The translations under genes and the position numbers were made by a program. The notes under the pieces are model-generated. The model worked only from the letters and a program-made list of their open reading frames with translations, was not told the origin of the DNA and did not search any database. Of a DNA stretch of 64,000 nt, positions 9,987 to 18,891 are shown piece by piece. How positions within the stretch are numbered: the first letter of the stretch is position 1; every line of letters begins with the position of its first letter. Where the stretch lies: the IMG/VR virus record IMGVR_UViG_3300025875_000006, positions 1-64,000 of that record; one strand, 5' to 3'. The DNA comes from a virus (taxonomy: Duplodnaviria; Caudoviricetes).

Positions 9987-10736
9987 GTGCCTGACCTGAG
10001 CCACGTACTGGCGGGCGTCCTGGGTGACAAGGGAGCGAGCGTCTTTCAGGCCACGGTGGACGCCGTCGGCGAGGGCGTGCTGACCCTGCACCTCAACGGC
10101 GGCCAGTTCACCGAGGTGCCCTACCTGCCCGGCGGCTGGGGCTTCGCCTCGCCGAACATCGGCGACATCTGCTACGTCCTGGCCCAGAAGGACTGGGGGA
10201 TATTCGCCATCGGCAAGCCCGCCCCCGGACCGGAGCGTTCCGGGGACGACAGCGCGGTGGTCACCTGGGACCCCTTCGCCCGAGCCCGCTGGAACCAGGA
10301 GACGGGCACCTGGACCATCCCGTCCACCGACGCCATGCCGATCCGGCCGGGCACCTCCAGCTCCAGCCTGGCCGTCTACTTCTTCGATCTGGCCGACATC
10401 GACTGGCCTGGCACGGCGGTGGGCTCGGCGAGTTTCTACCTGGAGCTGGGACCGGTCGACCAGTCCGGGGCGGACGCGGACAACCCCGTTTTCGACAACG
10501 CCTACGTCGAAATCGGCCTGACCAGCTCAACCGGCCCGAACGGGGTGTTCACCGAGCTGCCGAATCTCAACGCCTACTACAAGCGGCCCGCGAACGGGTC
10601 CAGCGAGTACGTGTCGATCCCGCTGGACTGGGCGGGCCGCCTGCTGGCCGGAGAGGCGCACGGCGTCTACGTCCGGACCGAGGACTACCCGCTGACCGTC
10701 TCCGGTCCGGGCACGCTCCGGTTCACCACTCTGTGA
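9987..10736 (+). CDS. Minor tail protein
   Basis: 249 aa, N-terminal OB-like segment, position. Confidence 0.65.
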   Translation: MPDLSHVLAGVLGDKGASVFQATVDAVGEGVLTLHLNGGQFTEVPYLPGGWGFASPNIGDICYVLAQKDWGIFAIGKPAPGPERSGDDSAVVTWDPFARARWNQETGTWTIPSTDAMPIRPGTSSSSLAVYFFDLADIDWPGTAVGSASFYLELGPVDQSGADADNPVFDNAYVEIGLTSSTGPNGVFTELPNLNAYYKRPANGSSEYVSIPLDWAGRLLAGEAHGVYVRTEDYPLTVSGPGTLRFTTL

Positions 10737-10774
10737 CACCCTGATCACCGACTGACAGACGAAGGAGACCACCC

Positions 10775-11599
10775 GTGAAGCTGCTGGACGCCGCGACGGT
10801 CAAGCCGGGCACCGGCGAGTGGGAGCACGGCTGGGAGGGCGACTCCCGGGTCTGTGGCGGCATCTCGCTGTACCTGAGCGAGTGCGATCCCGCCGTCACC
10901 TCCGACATCATCGGGGACCAGGAGACCGAGGAGACGGCGGAGGAGGCCTGCACCTACCGCGTCGTGCCCTTCGGCTTCGTCGCCACGCTGCGCCGCAACG
11001 TCCGCAGCTCCAAGCCCGACGACGAGGCCTGGCTGGTCCAGGCCCTCCGGGACAGCGCTGAGATTCCCGTCTCCCGGGGCTTGCTGATCCGCCAGGGGAT
11101 GGGCATCGCCCGCCGGGACGACGCCACAGTGGTCGGCTCGGACACCTGGATCGGCAACCCCGACGTGCACACCATCCCGGCCCCGGCCCCCGGCGACAGC
11201 AACGCGGTCGCCTCGGCCGTCGCGCAGGGCCGCGCGTGGTTCTTCGGCCACACCATCGGCATCAAGCCGATCCTGCACGTCAACCCGGGCTACGCCATCA
11301 CGCTGAAGAAGGCCGGGGTGCTGGAGCTGGACCCGGCCAACGGCGAGGACCGCACTGCCTGGGGCGACCCGGTGGTCATCTCCGAGGGCTACTCCGACAT
11401 CGGCGGGCTCACCCCGGTGCCGATGGCCTTCTGGACCGGGCCCATCGAGATCACGCTGTCCGACGTGGACGTGGAAGAGTTGATCCGCGCGGTGCGCCAG
11501 AACAAGCAGATGCACCAGGTGACCATGCGGGCGGCCATCGACACCCCACCGTGCGCGATGGTCCGCATCGGCGCGGCACCGGCTCCTGTCGCTCCGTAG
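10775..11599 (+). CDS. Capsid-associated protein (capsid pentamer-protein-like)
   Basis: 274 aa, WEHGWEG..CGG / VVPFGFVA pattern recalled from actinophage capsid accessory proteins; GAAGGAG RBS. Confidence 0.4.
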   Translation: MKLLDAATVKPGTGEWEHGWEGDSRVCGGISLYLSECDPAVTSDIIGDQETEETAEEACTYRVVPFGFVATLRRNVRSSKPDDEAWLVQALRDSAEIPVSRGLLIRQGMGIARRDDATVVGSDTWIGNPDVHTIPAPAPGDSNAVASAVAQGRAWFFGHTIGIKPILHVNPGYAITLKKAGVLELDPANGEDRTAWGDPVVISEGYSDIGGLTPVPMAFWTGPIEITLSDVDVEELIRAVRQNKQMHQVTMRAAIDTPPCAMVRIGAAPAPVAP

Positions 11600-11619
11600 G
11601 GTGACGGCGGCCCTGGTCT

Positions 11620-11646
11620 GTTGAGTCCGGCGGCTATTCTCAGACC
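11620..11646 (+). promoter_or_regulatory. Leaderless promoter, proximal-motif type
   Basis: GTTGAGT-N8-TATTCT-N6-ATG. Confidence 0.55.
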
Positions 11647-11979
11647 ATGACCACGCCGCAGATCGAACTCCGCGAGCCGCCGCCCCGGGTGACGTCCGGT
11701 CGGCGGCCGATCATGGACCTGGACCGGGCCATCCTGGCCATCTCCGTCGAGCCCATGCGGCCGGTGGCCATCGCCCGCAAGCTCCGCGAGCTGCCCGCGC
11801 CGCCCGGCGTGCTGCCGAAGTGGTCCGGGATCACCTCGCAGCGGGTCGCCAGCCGACTGAAGGCGCTCGTGACGCGCGAGCTGGCCGTCCGGGTCCGTCC
11901 GGTGGGGGCTCCGGCCAACGGGCCGGGCACCAGCCTGTACCGCGCACGACGTGAAGGGGAGCAGCTGTCCGATGGGTGA
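11647..11979 (+). CDS. Hypothetical, possibly winged-helix DNA-binding
   Basis: 110 aa with a coding-like codon pattern. Confidence 0.5.
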   Translation: MTTPQIELREPPPRVTSGRRPIMDLDRAILAISVEPMRPVAIARKLRELPAPPGVLPKWSGITSQRVASRLKALVTRELAVRVRPVGAPANGPGTSLYRARREGEQLSDG

Positions 11980-12502
11980 GGTGGGCCTGCGCACGGTCAG
12001 GGACGGCGGGCGCGTCATGCGATTCCACGCCGCCGTGATCGGCGCGGCCACCGCCCAGCGGGGATCAGCGCCGCGCTGGAGCGAGCTGGTGGTCTACCGG
12101 CTCACCGACGGCACCTACCTGATCTCGAAGATCGGCCGGTCCACGGTGGCGCACCGGCCGGACTGCCTCCGTGTCAACCACCGGATGATCCCGTGGTCTC
12201 AGGCTGCCCAGCATGACGAGGCCACCATCGAGCGGGTCCCGTGCCCGGACTGTCGTCCGGACCTCTCGCACGGCATCGCGCCGGACACGATGCTGGAGGT
12301 GCAGCGGTACCGCGCCATCGCCGCCTCCACAGCAGAACGGGCCGCCCAGTCCCTCCAGGGGGACCGGGCGGCCCTGATGGTGCCGCAGCTGGTGCGCGAC
12401 ATCCTCGCGCAGTGCGCTCAGGCGGACGAGTGCTTCGCCAGGTACGCCGACGCGCTGACGGCCCCGAAGCCGCCCTTGGAGAAGACCACCCGCACCCCGT
12501 AG
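11972..12502 (+). CDS. Hypothetical protein
   Basis: Coupled ORF with a CPDC motif. Confidence 0.6.
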   Translation: MGEVGLRTVRDGGRVMRFHAAVIGAATAQRGSAPRWSELVVYRLTDGTYLISKIGRSTVAHRPDCLRVNHRMIPWSQAAQHDEATIERVPCPDCRPDLSHGIAPDTMLEVQRYRAIAASTAERAAQSLQGDRAALMVPQLVRDILAQCAQADECFARYADALTAPKPPLEKTTRTP

Positions 12503-12795
12503 CCGCCGCTGACGGCCGCCAGGAAGACCTCGCGGGTCTTCGGGCTCATCCGCCCCTCGGCGGCGTTCAGGACGGCCGCAGCGGACACCGGGTCCAGCGT
12601 GCCGCCGCCGTCCAGCGTCTGGGCGACGTGAGCCAGGATCGGGGCCGCCTGCACGCGCTGGAGGATGCCCGCGACCTCGGGGAGGCTCACGCCGGTCCAC
12701 GGGGCGTGGTCGGGGGCCCAGAAGCTCCACGCGGAGAAGTCCTCGGCCTTGCGGGTCTGGCTCTCGGGGTGGTCGGTGTAGAACTCGTAGCCCAC
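12418..12795 (-). CDS. Hypothetical protein
   Basis: GAGAGGAGG RBS before GTG; convergent overlap with the previous gene. Confidence 0.55.
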   Translation of the reverse strand: MGYEFYTDHPESQTRKAEDFSAWSFWAPDHAPWTGVSLPEVAGILQRVQAAPILAHVAQTLDGGGTLDPVSAAAVLNAAEGRMSPKTREVFLAAVSGGYGVRVVFSKGGFGAVSASAYLAKHSSA

Positions 12796-12852
12796 GGCGG
12801 GCCTCCTCTCACGTCGTCGTGCTGTTGACATCGGCAAGAATACTCACCGACC

Positions 12853-13182
12853 TTAGCGGCCAGCGCGGACTTCACCCTCCTGGGTGACGCGGTACAGCCA
12901 CGCGGTGGCGGCCACGACGGCCAGCACCAGCCGGTTGGCCGCGCGCAGCGCCAGCGTGGTGCGGGGGTCGTGCTGGCGGCCGTGCTCGATGTCGCGCCGG
13001 ACCTTCTTGCCCCAGTAGTGCAGCGACCAGAGCCCCCAGCGGATGTCGCTGCGGACGTTCTCCCACCAGGTCGGCCGGGGGTCCTCCGGCGTCCAGACGA
13101 CGCCGTACTCCCACATGCCGCGCACGACGGGCGGCTCGGCGATGCCCAGCATCTGCCAGACGGGGGTCTGCTTCTTGCCCAT
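12853..13182 (-). CDS. Hypothetical protein
   Basis: GGAGG RBS, start MGKKQTPVW. Confidence 0.6.
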   Translation of the reverse strand: MGKKQTPVWQMLGIAEPPVVRGMWEYGVVWTPEDPRPTWWENVRSDIRWGLWSLHYWGKKVRRDIEHGRQHDPRTTLALRAANRLVLAVVAATAWLYRVTQEGEVRAGR

Positions 13183-13256
13183 GATGTCCTCCAGGTGGTG
13201 CACGTAGGGGGCCCGGCCCCGCTGTGCGCGAGGCCGGGCCGTGGTAGAGCGGGCGA

Positions 13257-14060
13257 TCAGTGCCAGTAGGTGGCGCAGACCGGGCCGATGCCGTTGGCCA
13301 CGCTGACCGGGTCGGTCAGCGGAGCGCCGCAGCGGACGCAGAAGTTCAGCGCCTTGCCCTTGGCCTTGACCGCGTCCAGCGTCATCGGGGTGGCCCCGGC
13401 CTTGATCGCGGCCAGGAAGCCCGTCTTCACCCACACCTGCGTGGTGACCTGCGGCTTCTCGTACTTGCCGCCCTTGAAGGGGGTGTAGGTGCCCTCCAGC
13501 TTGATCGACGCGCCCTTGCCGGTGCCGTCGGACCAGAGGTTGACCTTCTGCCAGGTGTAGTTGACCTTGCCCCAGCCGGGGGCGGTCCAGCGGCGCAGGA
13601 CCGGCGCGCTGTCCTTGCCGGTGACGTCCCAGTAGTAGAGCTTGCCGTCGATCTCGTAGTAGCCGAACTTCGGCATCCGGGGCAGCTCCACCTTGACCGG
13701 GGCGTTGACGTCGATGGCCAGGCCGGGCTGGGCGTGGTTGCTGGGCTTCGGGGCGTCGTCGCTGATGACGCTGAGCGGGATGGCCAGGCCCTTGGCGAGG
13801 TTGTCCAGCAGCTTGGCGTGGGCGGCCTTCTTCGCGGCGTCCTTGATCTTCGGGCTGTCCAGCAGCTCGCTGATCATCTCGCTGGCGATGCCCTTGGTCA
13901 GCCCGCCCAGCGCGCCCAGCAGGCGGTACCGCTCGGCTACCCGGGGGTTCTCCCGCTCCGCTACCAGGCTGGCCAGGAAGGGGGCCTGCTTCTCGGTCAT
14001 CGGGGAGCCGGGGTCGGCGATCTTGAAGGCGGGGGACAGGTTCTCGGTGCTCTGCGTCAT
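13257..14060 (-). CDS. DUF6011-like Zn-ribbon protein (MTQ start)
   Basis: C-terminal CVRCGAPLTDPVSVANGIGPVC; leaderless promoter. Confidence 0.7.
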   Translation of the reverse strand: MTQSTENLSPAFKIADPGSPMTEKQAPFLASLVAERENPRVAERYRLLGALGGLTKGIASEMISELLDSPKIKDAAKKAAHAKLLDNLAKGLAIPLSVISDDAPKPSNHAQPGLAIDVNAPVKVELPRMPKFGYYEIDGKLYYWDVTGKDSAPVLRRWTAPGWGKVNYTWQKVNLWSDGTGKGASIKLEGTYTPFKGGKYEKPQVTTQVWVKTGFLAAIKAGATPMTLDAVKAKGKALNFCVRCGAPLTDPVSVANGIGPVCATYWH

Positions 14061-14097
14061 GGGACAAGTATGCACCGCGCTTCTCAACTCTGTCAAC
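14061..14097 (-). promoter_or_regulatory. Tandem-motif leaderless promoter
   Basis: TTGACA gag TTGAGA-N9-CATACT-N6-ATG. Confidence 0.8.
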
Positions 14098-14118
14098 ACA
14101 GACACGCCGACACGGCAG

Positions 14119-14151
14119 TGAGCCCCCGGACGGGTGACGTCCGGGGGCTCA
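14119..14151 (-). terminator. Intrinsic terminator
   Basis: TGAGCCCCCGGAC ... GTCCGGGGGCTCA hairpin. Confidence 0.75.
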
Positions 14152-14166
14152 GGTGGAGGTTGAGGG

Positions 14167-14520
14167 TCAGCCCTCGCACTCCCGGCAGCCGCAGGAGGGC
14201 TGGCACTCCAGGCACCAGAACACGTCGCGGTAGTGGTCGTCCTCCACCACGACGCACTCGCACCCGACGGTCCCGCAGGACCGGCAGCTGCGCTGGACGG
14301 CGGCGTGCGGGCGGGTTTCGGAGGCCTCAGTCGCGCACTCGGTGCAGCAGACCCCCTCCACGAACAGCAGCGCGTCGGCCACGGTTCCGCCGAACTCGTC
14401 GCGGGCGTCCTCGACGGACTCGACGGTGAAGACGTGCAGGTAGTGCGGGAGGCCGATGCGGGTGACCACCATCGCGTGCTGGACGGCGGGAGCGAGCGCG
14501 GGGGAGAGGGTCTGCGTCAT
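14167..14520 (-). CDS. Cys-rich hypothetical (MTQ start)
   Basis: MTQTLSP; several CxxC motifs; tandem-motif promoter at 14521-14556. Confidence 0.7.
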   Translation of the reverse strand: MTQTLSPALAPAVQHAMVVTRIGLPHYLHVFTVESVEDARDEFGGTVADALLFVEGVCCTECATEASETRPHAAVQRSCRSCGTVGCECVVVEDDHYRDVFWCLECQPSCGCRECEG

Positions 14521-14555
14521 GGGACCAGTATGCGCAGCCTTGTCAACAGTGTCAA

Positions 14556-14795
14556 CTACCCCAGGCAGGTGCGCGTGCCGCACATCGGGCAGGGGTCACC
14601 GATGGTGTGCAGCTCCAGCGCGGCCAGGCAGATGCGGCACAGCTCGTCCACGTGGGGTAGGTCGGTGCGGATGATCAGGTCCGCGCTGTCCTGGCCGCAC
14701 CAGGTCAGCTTGCGGCTGTCGCAGGCGATGTGAACGACGTCGTCCTCCCCGCCGTCGGTGTCAACCGGGGCGGGGAGGACGTCGGTGGAGGTCAT
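14556..14795 (-). CDS. Small Zn-finger-like protein
   Basis: 79 aa with CxxC pairs. Confidence 0.55.
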   Translation of the reverse strand: MTSTDVLPAPVDTDGGEDDVVHIACDSRKLTWCGQDSADLIIRTDLPHVDELCRICLAALELHTIGDPCPMCGTRTCLG

Positions 14796-15009
14796 CGGCG
14801 GGCCAGCAGGCGCACCAGGGCGGCCAGGAGGCCGCCCCGGCGCACCGGCGCGCGCCGGGCGAACTGGAGGTCCCAGCGGGGCTGGAGGGAGGACACCGGG
14901 GTCACCCGGTGAAGACGACGACGGCGATGACGACGGCGAGGATCAGGACCGCCTCCAGGACGATGGTGATCGTCTGGCGGCGGCTCAGGCAGGTCAGCAG
15001 GCGGGCCAC
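14792..15009 (-). other. Two coupled micro-ORFs (14902-15009 transmembrane; 14792-14905 basic)
   Basis: GTGA overlaps; hydrophobic ITIVLEAVLILAVVIAVVVF. Confidence 0.45.
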
Positions 15010-15138
15010 GGGGTCTCCGTTCTCAGGGCTGCGTCTACAGGAACGGTAAGCGGGGCCACAGACGTTCCGGTCCACCGACGTTCCGCGCGAGAGCCTTCTC
15101 GCAGTAACCACTACGCCGCGTCGTCACGCGGGCCCCGG

Positions 15139-15393
15139 CTACCCCTCCTGCACCAGGCGGTAGCCGCGCGCACCCGGGCGCATCCGGCGGACCTTGATGC
15201 GGGTGGTGCGGCCGATGCGGTCCCGGCTCACGTTGCGGGCGACGGCGACCACCGTGCACACCGCGACGTCACCGCCCAGCAGCGCCGACCAGCGGGTGAT
15301 CCGCTCGACCCGCACGCGGTGCCCGGCCATGCGCGGGTCGTCGTTCTCCCAGACCTGGCCGGGCTCGACCTCGGGGCTGTCGGTGGTGGTCAC
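15139..15393 (-). CDS. Hypothetical protein
   Basis: GGAGGA RBS, VEPGQVWENDDPR motif. Confidence 0.6.
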   Translation of the reverse strand: MTTTDSPEVEPGQVWENDDPRMAGHRVRVERITRWSALLGGDVAVCTVVAVARNVSRDRIGRTTRIKVRRMRPGARGYRLVQEG

Positions 15394-15767
15394 TCGTCCT
15401 CCTTCGTCAGCCGGAACCGGGTCTCCAGCTCCGGTGTCAACCGCCAGGACGGCAGCAGGCTGGCCACCGTCCAGTAGCTGCGCTGGACCACCTGGGCGGC
15501 CAGGCGCAGCGTGTTGGCCTCGGTCTCCAGCGTCTCGCGCTGGCGGACCAGCGCCGGGTTGGTCTCCATGCCGGAGATGCCCCCGGCGTACTCCGTGCGC
15601 CCGGCGGAGCACAGCGTCAGCAGCTCGACCAGCTCGTCGCGCTGCTCCGCGAACTTCCGGGCCAGCAGCTCGACCGCGCCGTCCTGGCTGTGCCCGCCGA
15701 AGGTCAGGTCGTCCAGCAGCGCGCTGGCCACCTCCCGGTCGTGCTTGGTCGGCTCAGCCACGGTCAT
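15390..15767 (-). CDS. Hypothetical protein
   Basis: 125 aa coupled ORF. Confidence 0.6.
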   Translation of the reverse strand: MTVAEPTKHDREVASALLDDLTFGGHSQDGAVELLARKFAEQRDELVELLTLCSAGRTEYAGGISGMETNPALVRQRETLETEANTLRLAAQVVQRSYWTVASLLPSWRLTPELETRFRLTKEDE

Positions 15768-16989
15768 CCACCTCGTGCCCGAGCGGGCGGGCCAGGGAGG
15801 CCTCCGCCAGCCGGTCCAGCCAGTTGGCCGCCGCGTCCCGGGTGTAGAGCAGGGTCGGCTCCTTCCGGAAGGCGCGAGCGGCGGCCTGGAGGGCCAGAGC
15901 GGCGTGCTGGTCGGCCACGCCGTCCAGCGTGTGCTTGTGCTCGGGCGTCATCAGGAACTGGATGGTGGCCTGCTGGCGCGCGTGCTGCTGGGCCAGCTCG
16001 TCCCGCTGGCGGCGCACGCCGTTGTTCACGGCCTCCAGGTCGTGCACGATCCCGCGCTCGTTCTCCAGCTCGGTCTCCAGGCCCTCGGCCCGCAGCTTCA
16101 GCTCGGCCAGCTCCTCCTGCGCCTCCAGCTGGAGACGACAGGCCGCCGTGACCTCCTGGCGGGCCTCGTCCCGCTGCTGGCGCAACGCCTCCTCGGCGCG
16201 CTCGAACTCCCCGCGCAGCGCGGCGGCCTGCTCCTCCAGCTGGCGGGACAGCTCACCGGCGCGCTTCAGCAGCTGGTCGCGGTCCTCGCGCATCAGCTGG
16301 AACTCCGCCACCTGGGTGCGGGCCTGCTCCAGCTCGGCCTCGATCTCCCGGACGCGGGCGTAGGCCCGGTCCTCGCTGGCCACCAGGTGGGCGGTGGCCG
16401 GGAGCCGGGCGACGCCGCCCCGGTCCAGCCAGACCAGCAACTGGTTGGCCTGCCGCCCGTAGACGTCCCGGAAGTGACCCCGGGCGCGGGAGCCCAGGCC
16501 GTTGTCCGGCACCCACTCGCTGTCGAAGTCGATCCCGGCCAGCGCGCAGATCACCCGGTCCACGGTCACCCGGGGGCTCTCCGGCTCGGGCTTCGGCTGC
16601 TCGGGCTCGGTTGACACCAGCGCCCCGTGCGCCCGCAGGTGCCAGGTCTTCAAGCCGTCGTGGTCGTTGGCGTTGACCGCCGGGACGTCCCCGCCGTGCT
16701 CGTCTCGCAGGTGCTGGGCCAGCATCGTGTGCGACCAGGCGGCGTGCACCGTGGTCAGGTCGTCGTGCTCGTGCTCGGTGCTCATGAAGGCCTCCTCGGC
16801 CTGCTGAACGGGCCCGGGACCCTGGTGGTCCTCCAGGTGGTGCAGGTGCATCCGGCCGACGTCCCAGGACATCGGCGCGACGAAGCCGTGGACGTCCTTC
16901 AGGTGCCGGGCCATGCGGGTGGCGTCCCAGCGGTGCAGGTGGTCGCCCCCGCTGGCGCTCTCGCTCTCGTCGTGGACGTGCTGGCCCAT
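15754..16989 (-). CDS. His-rich-repeat plus coiled-coil protein
   Basis: 411 aa, two W...RMARHL.D.HG modules, long heptad region. Confidence 0.65.
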   Translation of the reverse strand: MGQHVHDESESASGGDHLHRWDATRMARHLKDVHGFVAPMSWDVGRMHLHHLEDHQGPGPVQQAEEAFMSTEHEHDDLTTVHAAWSHTMLAQHLRDEHGGDVPAVNANDHDGLKTWHLRAHGALVSTEPEQPKPEPESPRVTVDRVICALAGIDFDSEWVPDNGLGSRARGHFRDVYGRQANQLLVWLDRGGVARLPATAHLVASEDRAYARVREIEAELEQARTQVAEFQLMREDRDQLLKRAGELSRQLEEQAAALRGEFERAEEALRQQRDEARQEVTAACRLQLEAQEELAELKLRAEGLETELENERGIVHDLEAVNNGVRRQRDELAQQHARQQATIQFLMTPEHKHTLDGVADQHAALALQAAARAFRKEPTLLYTRDAAANWLDRLAEASLARPLGHEVDDRG

Positions 16990-17315
16990 CAGCCCAGGTC
17001 GCCGTTCTCCACCCGGATGGCCAGGCCGTACAGCCAGGCCTGGACCTCGTCGGTGGCCACGATGGACACCGAGGCGTCGTCGCCGCCGGGCAGTGGCAGG
17101 TGCACGTGGTCCAGCTCGCCCAGGTGGTCCTTCGCCAGCTCGCGCAGCAGCGCGGCGGCGTAGGCCCGGTTGGTCGCCTGGATGCCCGCGATGCGGTCGG
17201 CGGCCGTCGGCCCCGTCGAGATGTCGGTGGGGTACTCCAGGGAGGGTGGGGGCTGCTTCCAGTGGGCGGGGAAGCTCAGCTCGGTGGGCTGGTCGTCGTC
17301 AGGGGTCTGCGCCAT
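16989..17315 (-). CDS. Hypothetical protein (MAQT start)
   Basis: Leaderless promoter TTGACA-N7-CATACT at 17316-17342. Confidence 0.65.
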   Translation of the reverse strand: MAQTPDDDQPTELSFPAHWKQPPPSLEYPTDISTGPTAADRIAGIQATNRAYAAALLRELAKDHLGELDHVHLPLPGGDDASVSIVATDEVQAWLYGLAIRVENGDLG

Positions 17316-17337
17316 GCCCCCGAGTATGTCACCTTTG

Positions 17338-18201
17338 TCAACCAGACGGGTTGAGCACGCGCAGGATGGCCTTGTCCTCGTGCGGCAAGGACGGCCGGTA
17401 CCAGCCGCCGGAGTCGCACTCCACCGGGTCGCCCGCCAGGTGCTTGGGGTGCTTGGGGTCCATGACGTGCTCGTCGTGCGCGGTGCACCAGAAGCGCTGG
17501 CTGGGCAGCAGCATCAGCACCGGCGGCGCGGTGTCGTCCAGCAGGTCGTCGGGGTCGGGCAGCTTGGCGTCCGGCGTCGTCGTGCCGAAGGTGATGCCGC
17601 CCTTGTTGACGGTGAAGTGCTCCATCGCCTTCTTGACGGCCTCGTAGGCCGTCGTCTTGCCGCCCTGCTTGGCCTGGGGCTGCATCGTCCACGTCACGCC
17701 GTGCTCGTCCTCGGTCATCTGGACCGTGCCGATGGGGCCGTCAGCGGTCCCGTCGAAGCCGTAGAGCGTCTTGACCAGGTCCGGCGACACGTTCTTCAGC
17801 TCGAAGCCGATGCTGGCGGCGTCCAGCGATGGCTTCAGCGGCTGGACGATCTGGTCCAGGATCAGCTGCTCGTCCAGCTGGGCCTGCACCTGCTGGGTGT
17901 AGCCGAAGGTCTTGATCACCGGCTGGGCCTTGCCCAGCACGTCGTACTGCTGGAGCTGGCTCAGCGAGACGTGCACGTGCTCGATGTGCGGGTCCGGGCC
18001 CTTGTACGGGCTGACGTGCTCCAGCGGGAGGGGAAAGGGCAGCGGCGGCATCTTCAGCGCGCTGGCGGCCTTGGCCAGGTTCTCGCCCAGCTGGTCGGCG
18101 GCCTCGGTGATCGGGACGAAGGCCAGGGAGATGCCCTTCAGCGTCTGGGCCATCTTCTCGGTCACCACCGTGATGTTGACCTGGGCGTTCTCGTCAGCCA
18201 C
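17338..18201 (-). CDS. Hypothetical protein
   Basis: GGAGGA RBS, GTG start, strong coding pattern. Confidence 0.65.
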   Translation of the reverse strand: MADENAQVNITVVTEKMAQTLKGISLAFVPITEAADQLGENLAKAASALKMPPLPFPLPLEHVSPYKGPDPHIEHVHVSLSQLQQYDVLGKAQPVIKTFGYTQQVQAQLDEQLILDQIVQPLKPSLDAASIGFELKNVSPDLVKTLYGFDGTADGPIGTVQMTEDEHGVTWTMQPQAKQGGKTTAYEAVKKAMEHFTVNKGGITFGTTTPDAKLPDPDDLLDDTAPPVLMLLPSQRFWCTAHDEHVMDPKHPKHLAGDPVECDSGGWYRPSLPHEDKAILRVLNPSG

Positions 18202-18454
18202 GGTTGTCCTCCGCTCGGGCGCGCTCCGCGCGGTGCGCGAAGACGCCGTTCTGGTAGCGCTTCTCGAAGTCGTTGCCGGGGCACGCGCCACGGCGCAGCT
18301 GGTCGCGGCGGTCCGGTGTCAACCACTCCACCGGCCGCCCGCAGCCGCACCCCTCCTCGGTGCAGACGCTGTCCCCATCGTGCATCAGGCCAGCATGGAG
18401 GCAGGGCGGGTCGTTCGGGCAGAGCGCCCACCCGCGATCCCTGCCGTCACCCAC
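18194..18454 (-). CDS. Small Cys/His-rich protein
   Basis: 86 aa coupled ORF. Confidence 0.5.
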   Translation of the reverse strand: MGDGRDRGWALCPNDPPCLHAGLMHDGDSVCTEEGCGCGRPVEWLTPDRRDQLRRGACPGNDFEKRYQNGVFAHRAERARAEDNRG

Positions 18455-18713
18455 GCTGGTCGTCCACGAAGTCCAGGTAGTGCTCGCGCTCCTCCGGCGG
18501 GTCCACCAGCCAGACGGCGATGCAGGGCTCCCCGATCATGCCCAGGCCCTTGCAGAGCATCGGCGCACCGCCCTGGAGAGTGCCGCGCCGGGTGTCGTCC
18601 GCGCAGCCCTCGATCACGCAGGTGTCCCCGGACGCGGGCGTGCGCGGCTCGGGCGCGGGATCGCGGTTCTCGGCCAGCAGCTGGCTGATGCGCGCGGTCG
18701 GTCCGGCGGTCAT
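18447..18713 (-). CDS. Hypothetical protein
   Basis: GAGGGGAG RBS; begins 20 nt after the CCA end of the tRNA-like RNA. Confidence 0.55.
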   Translation of the reverse strand: MTAGPTARISQLLAENRDPAPEPRTPASGDTCVIEGCADDTRRGTLQGGAPMLCKGLGMIGEPCIAVWLVDPPEEREHYLDFVDDQRG

Positions 18714-18733
18714 CGCGCGCTCCCCTCGTGGCG

Positions 18734-18891
18734 TGGTGGCTGGCAGCAGGGCGGGGAGTCGCACCCCACGTCCCGACGGTGACGGGCGGTTCCCCCGGAG
18801 GGGCAAGCACCGCACCCGGTATCCGGCCGGGCCCGTTTCAGCCGGGCCCGGTCGGCGCAGCCCCGCAGTTGCTGCCTCGCTGCTGCCAGCC
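18734..18891 (-). ncRNA. Oversized tRNA-like RNA, 158 nt, 3' ACCA
   Basis: 12-bp terminal stem plus ACCA, D-like arm, 7-nt-loop arm, long variable arm, T-like arm; promoter TTGAGT-N9-CATACT-N6 puts +1 on the first base of the stem. Confidence 0.75.

Noticed and set aside
18734-18891. Calling this a canonical tRNA-Ser or tRNA-Phe
   Set aside because: The 12-bp acceptor, enlarged arms, 158-nt length and G32/C33 are outside canonical tRNA geometry, so it is reported as tRNA-like ncRNA
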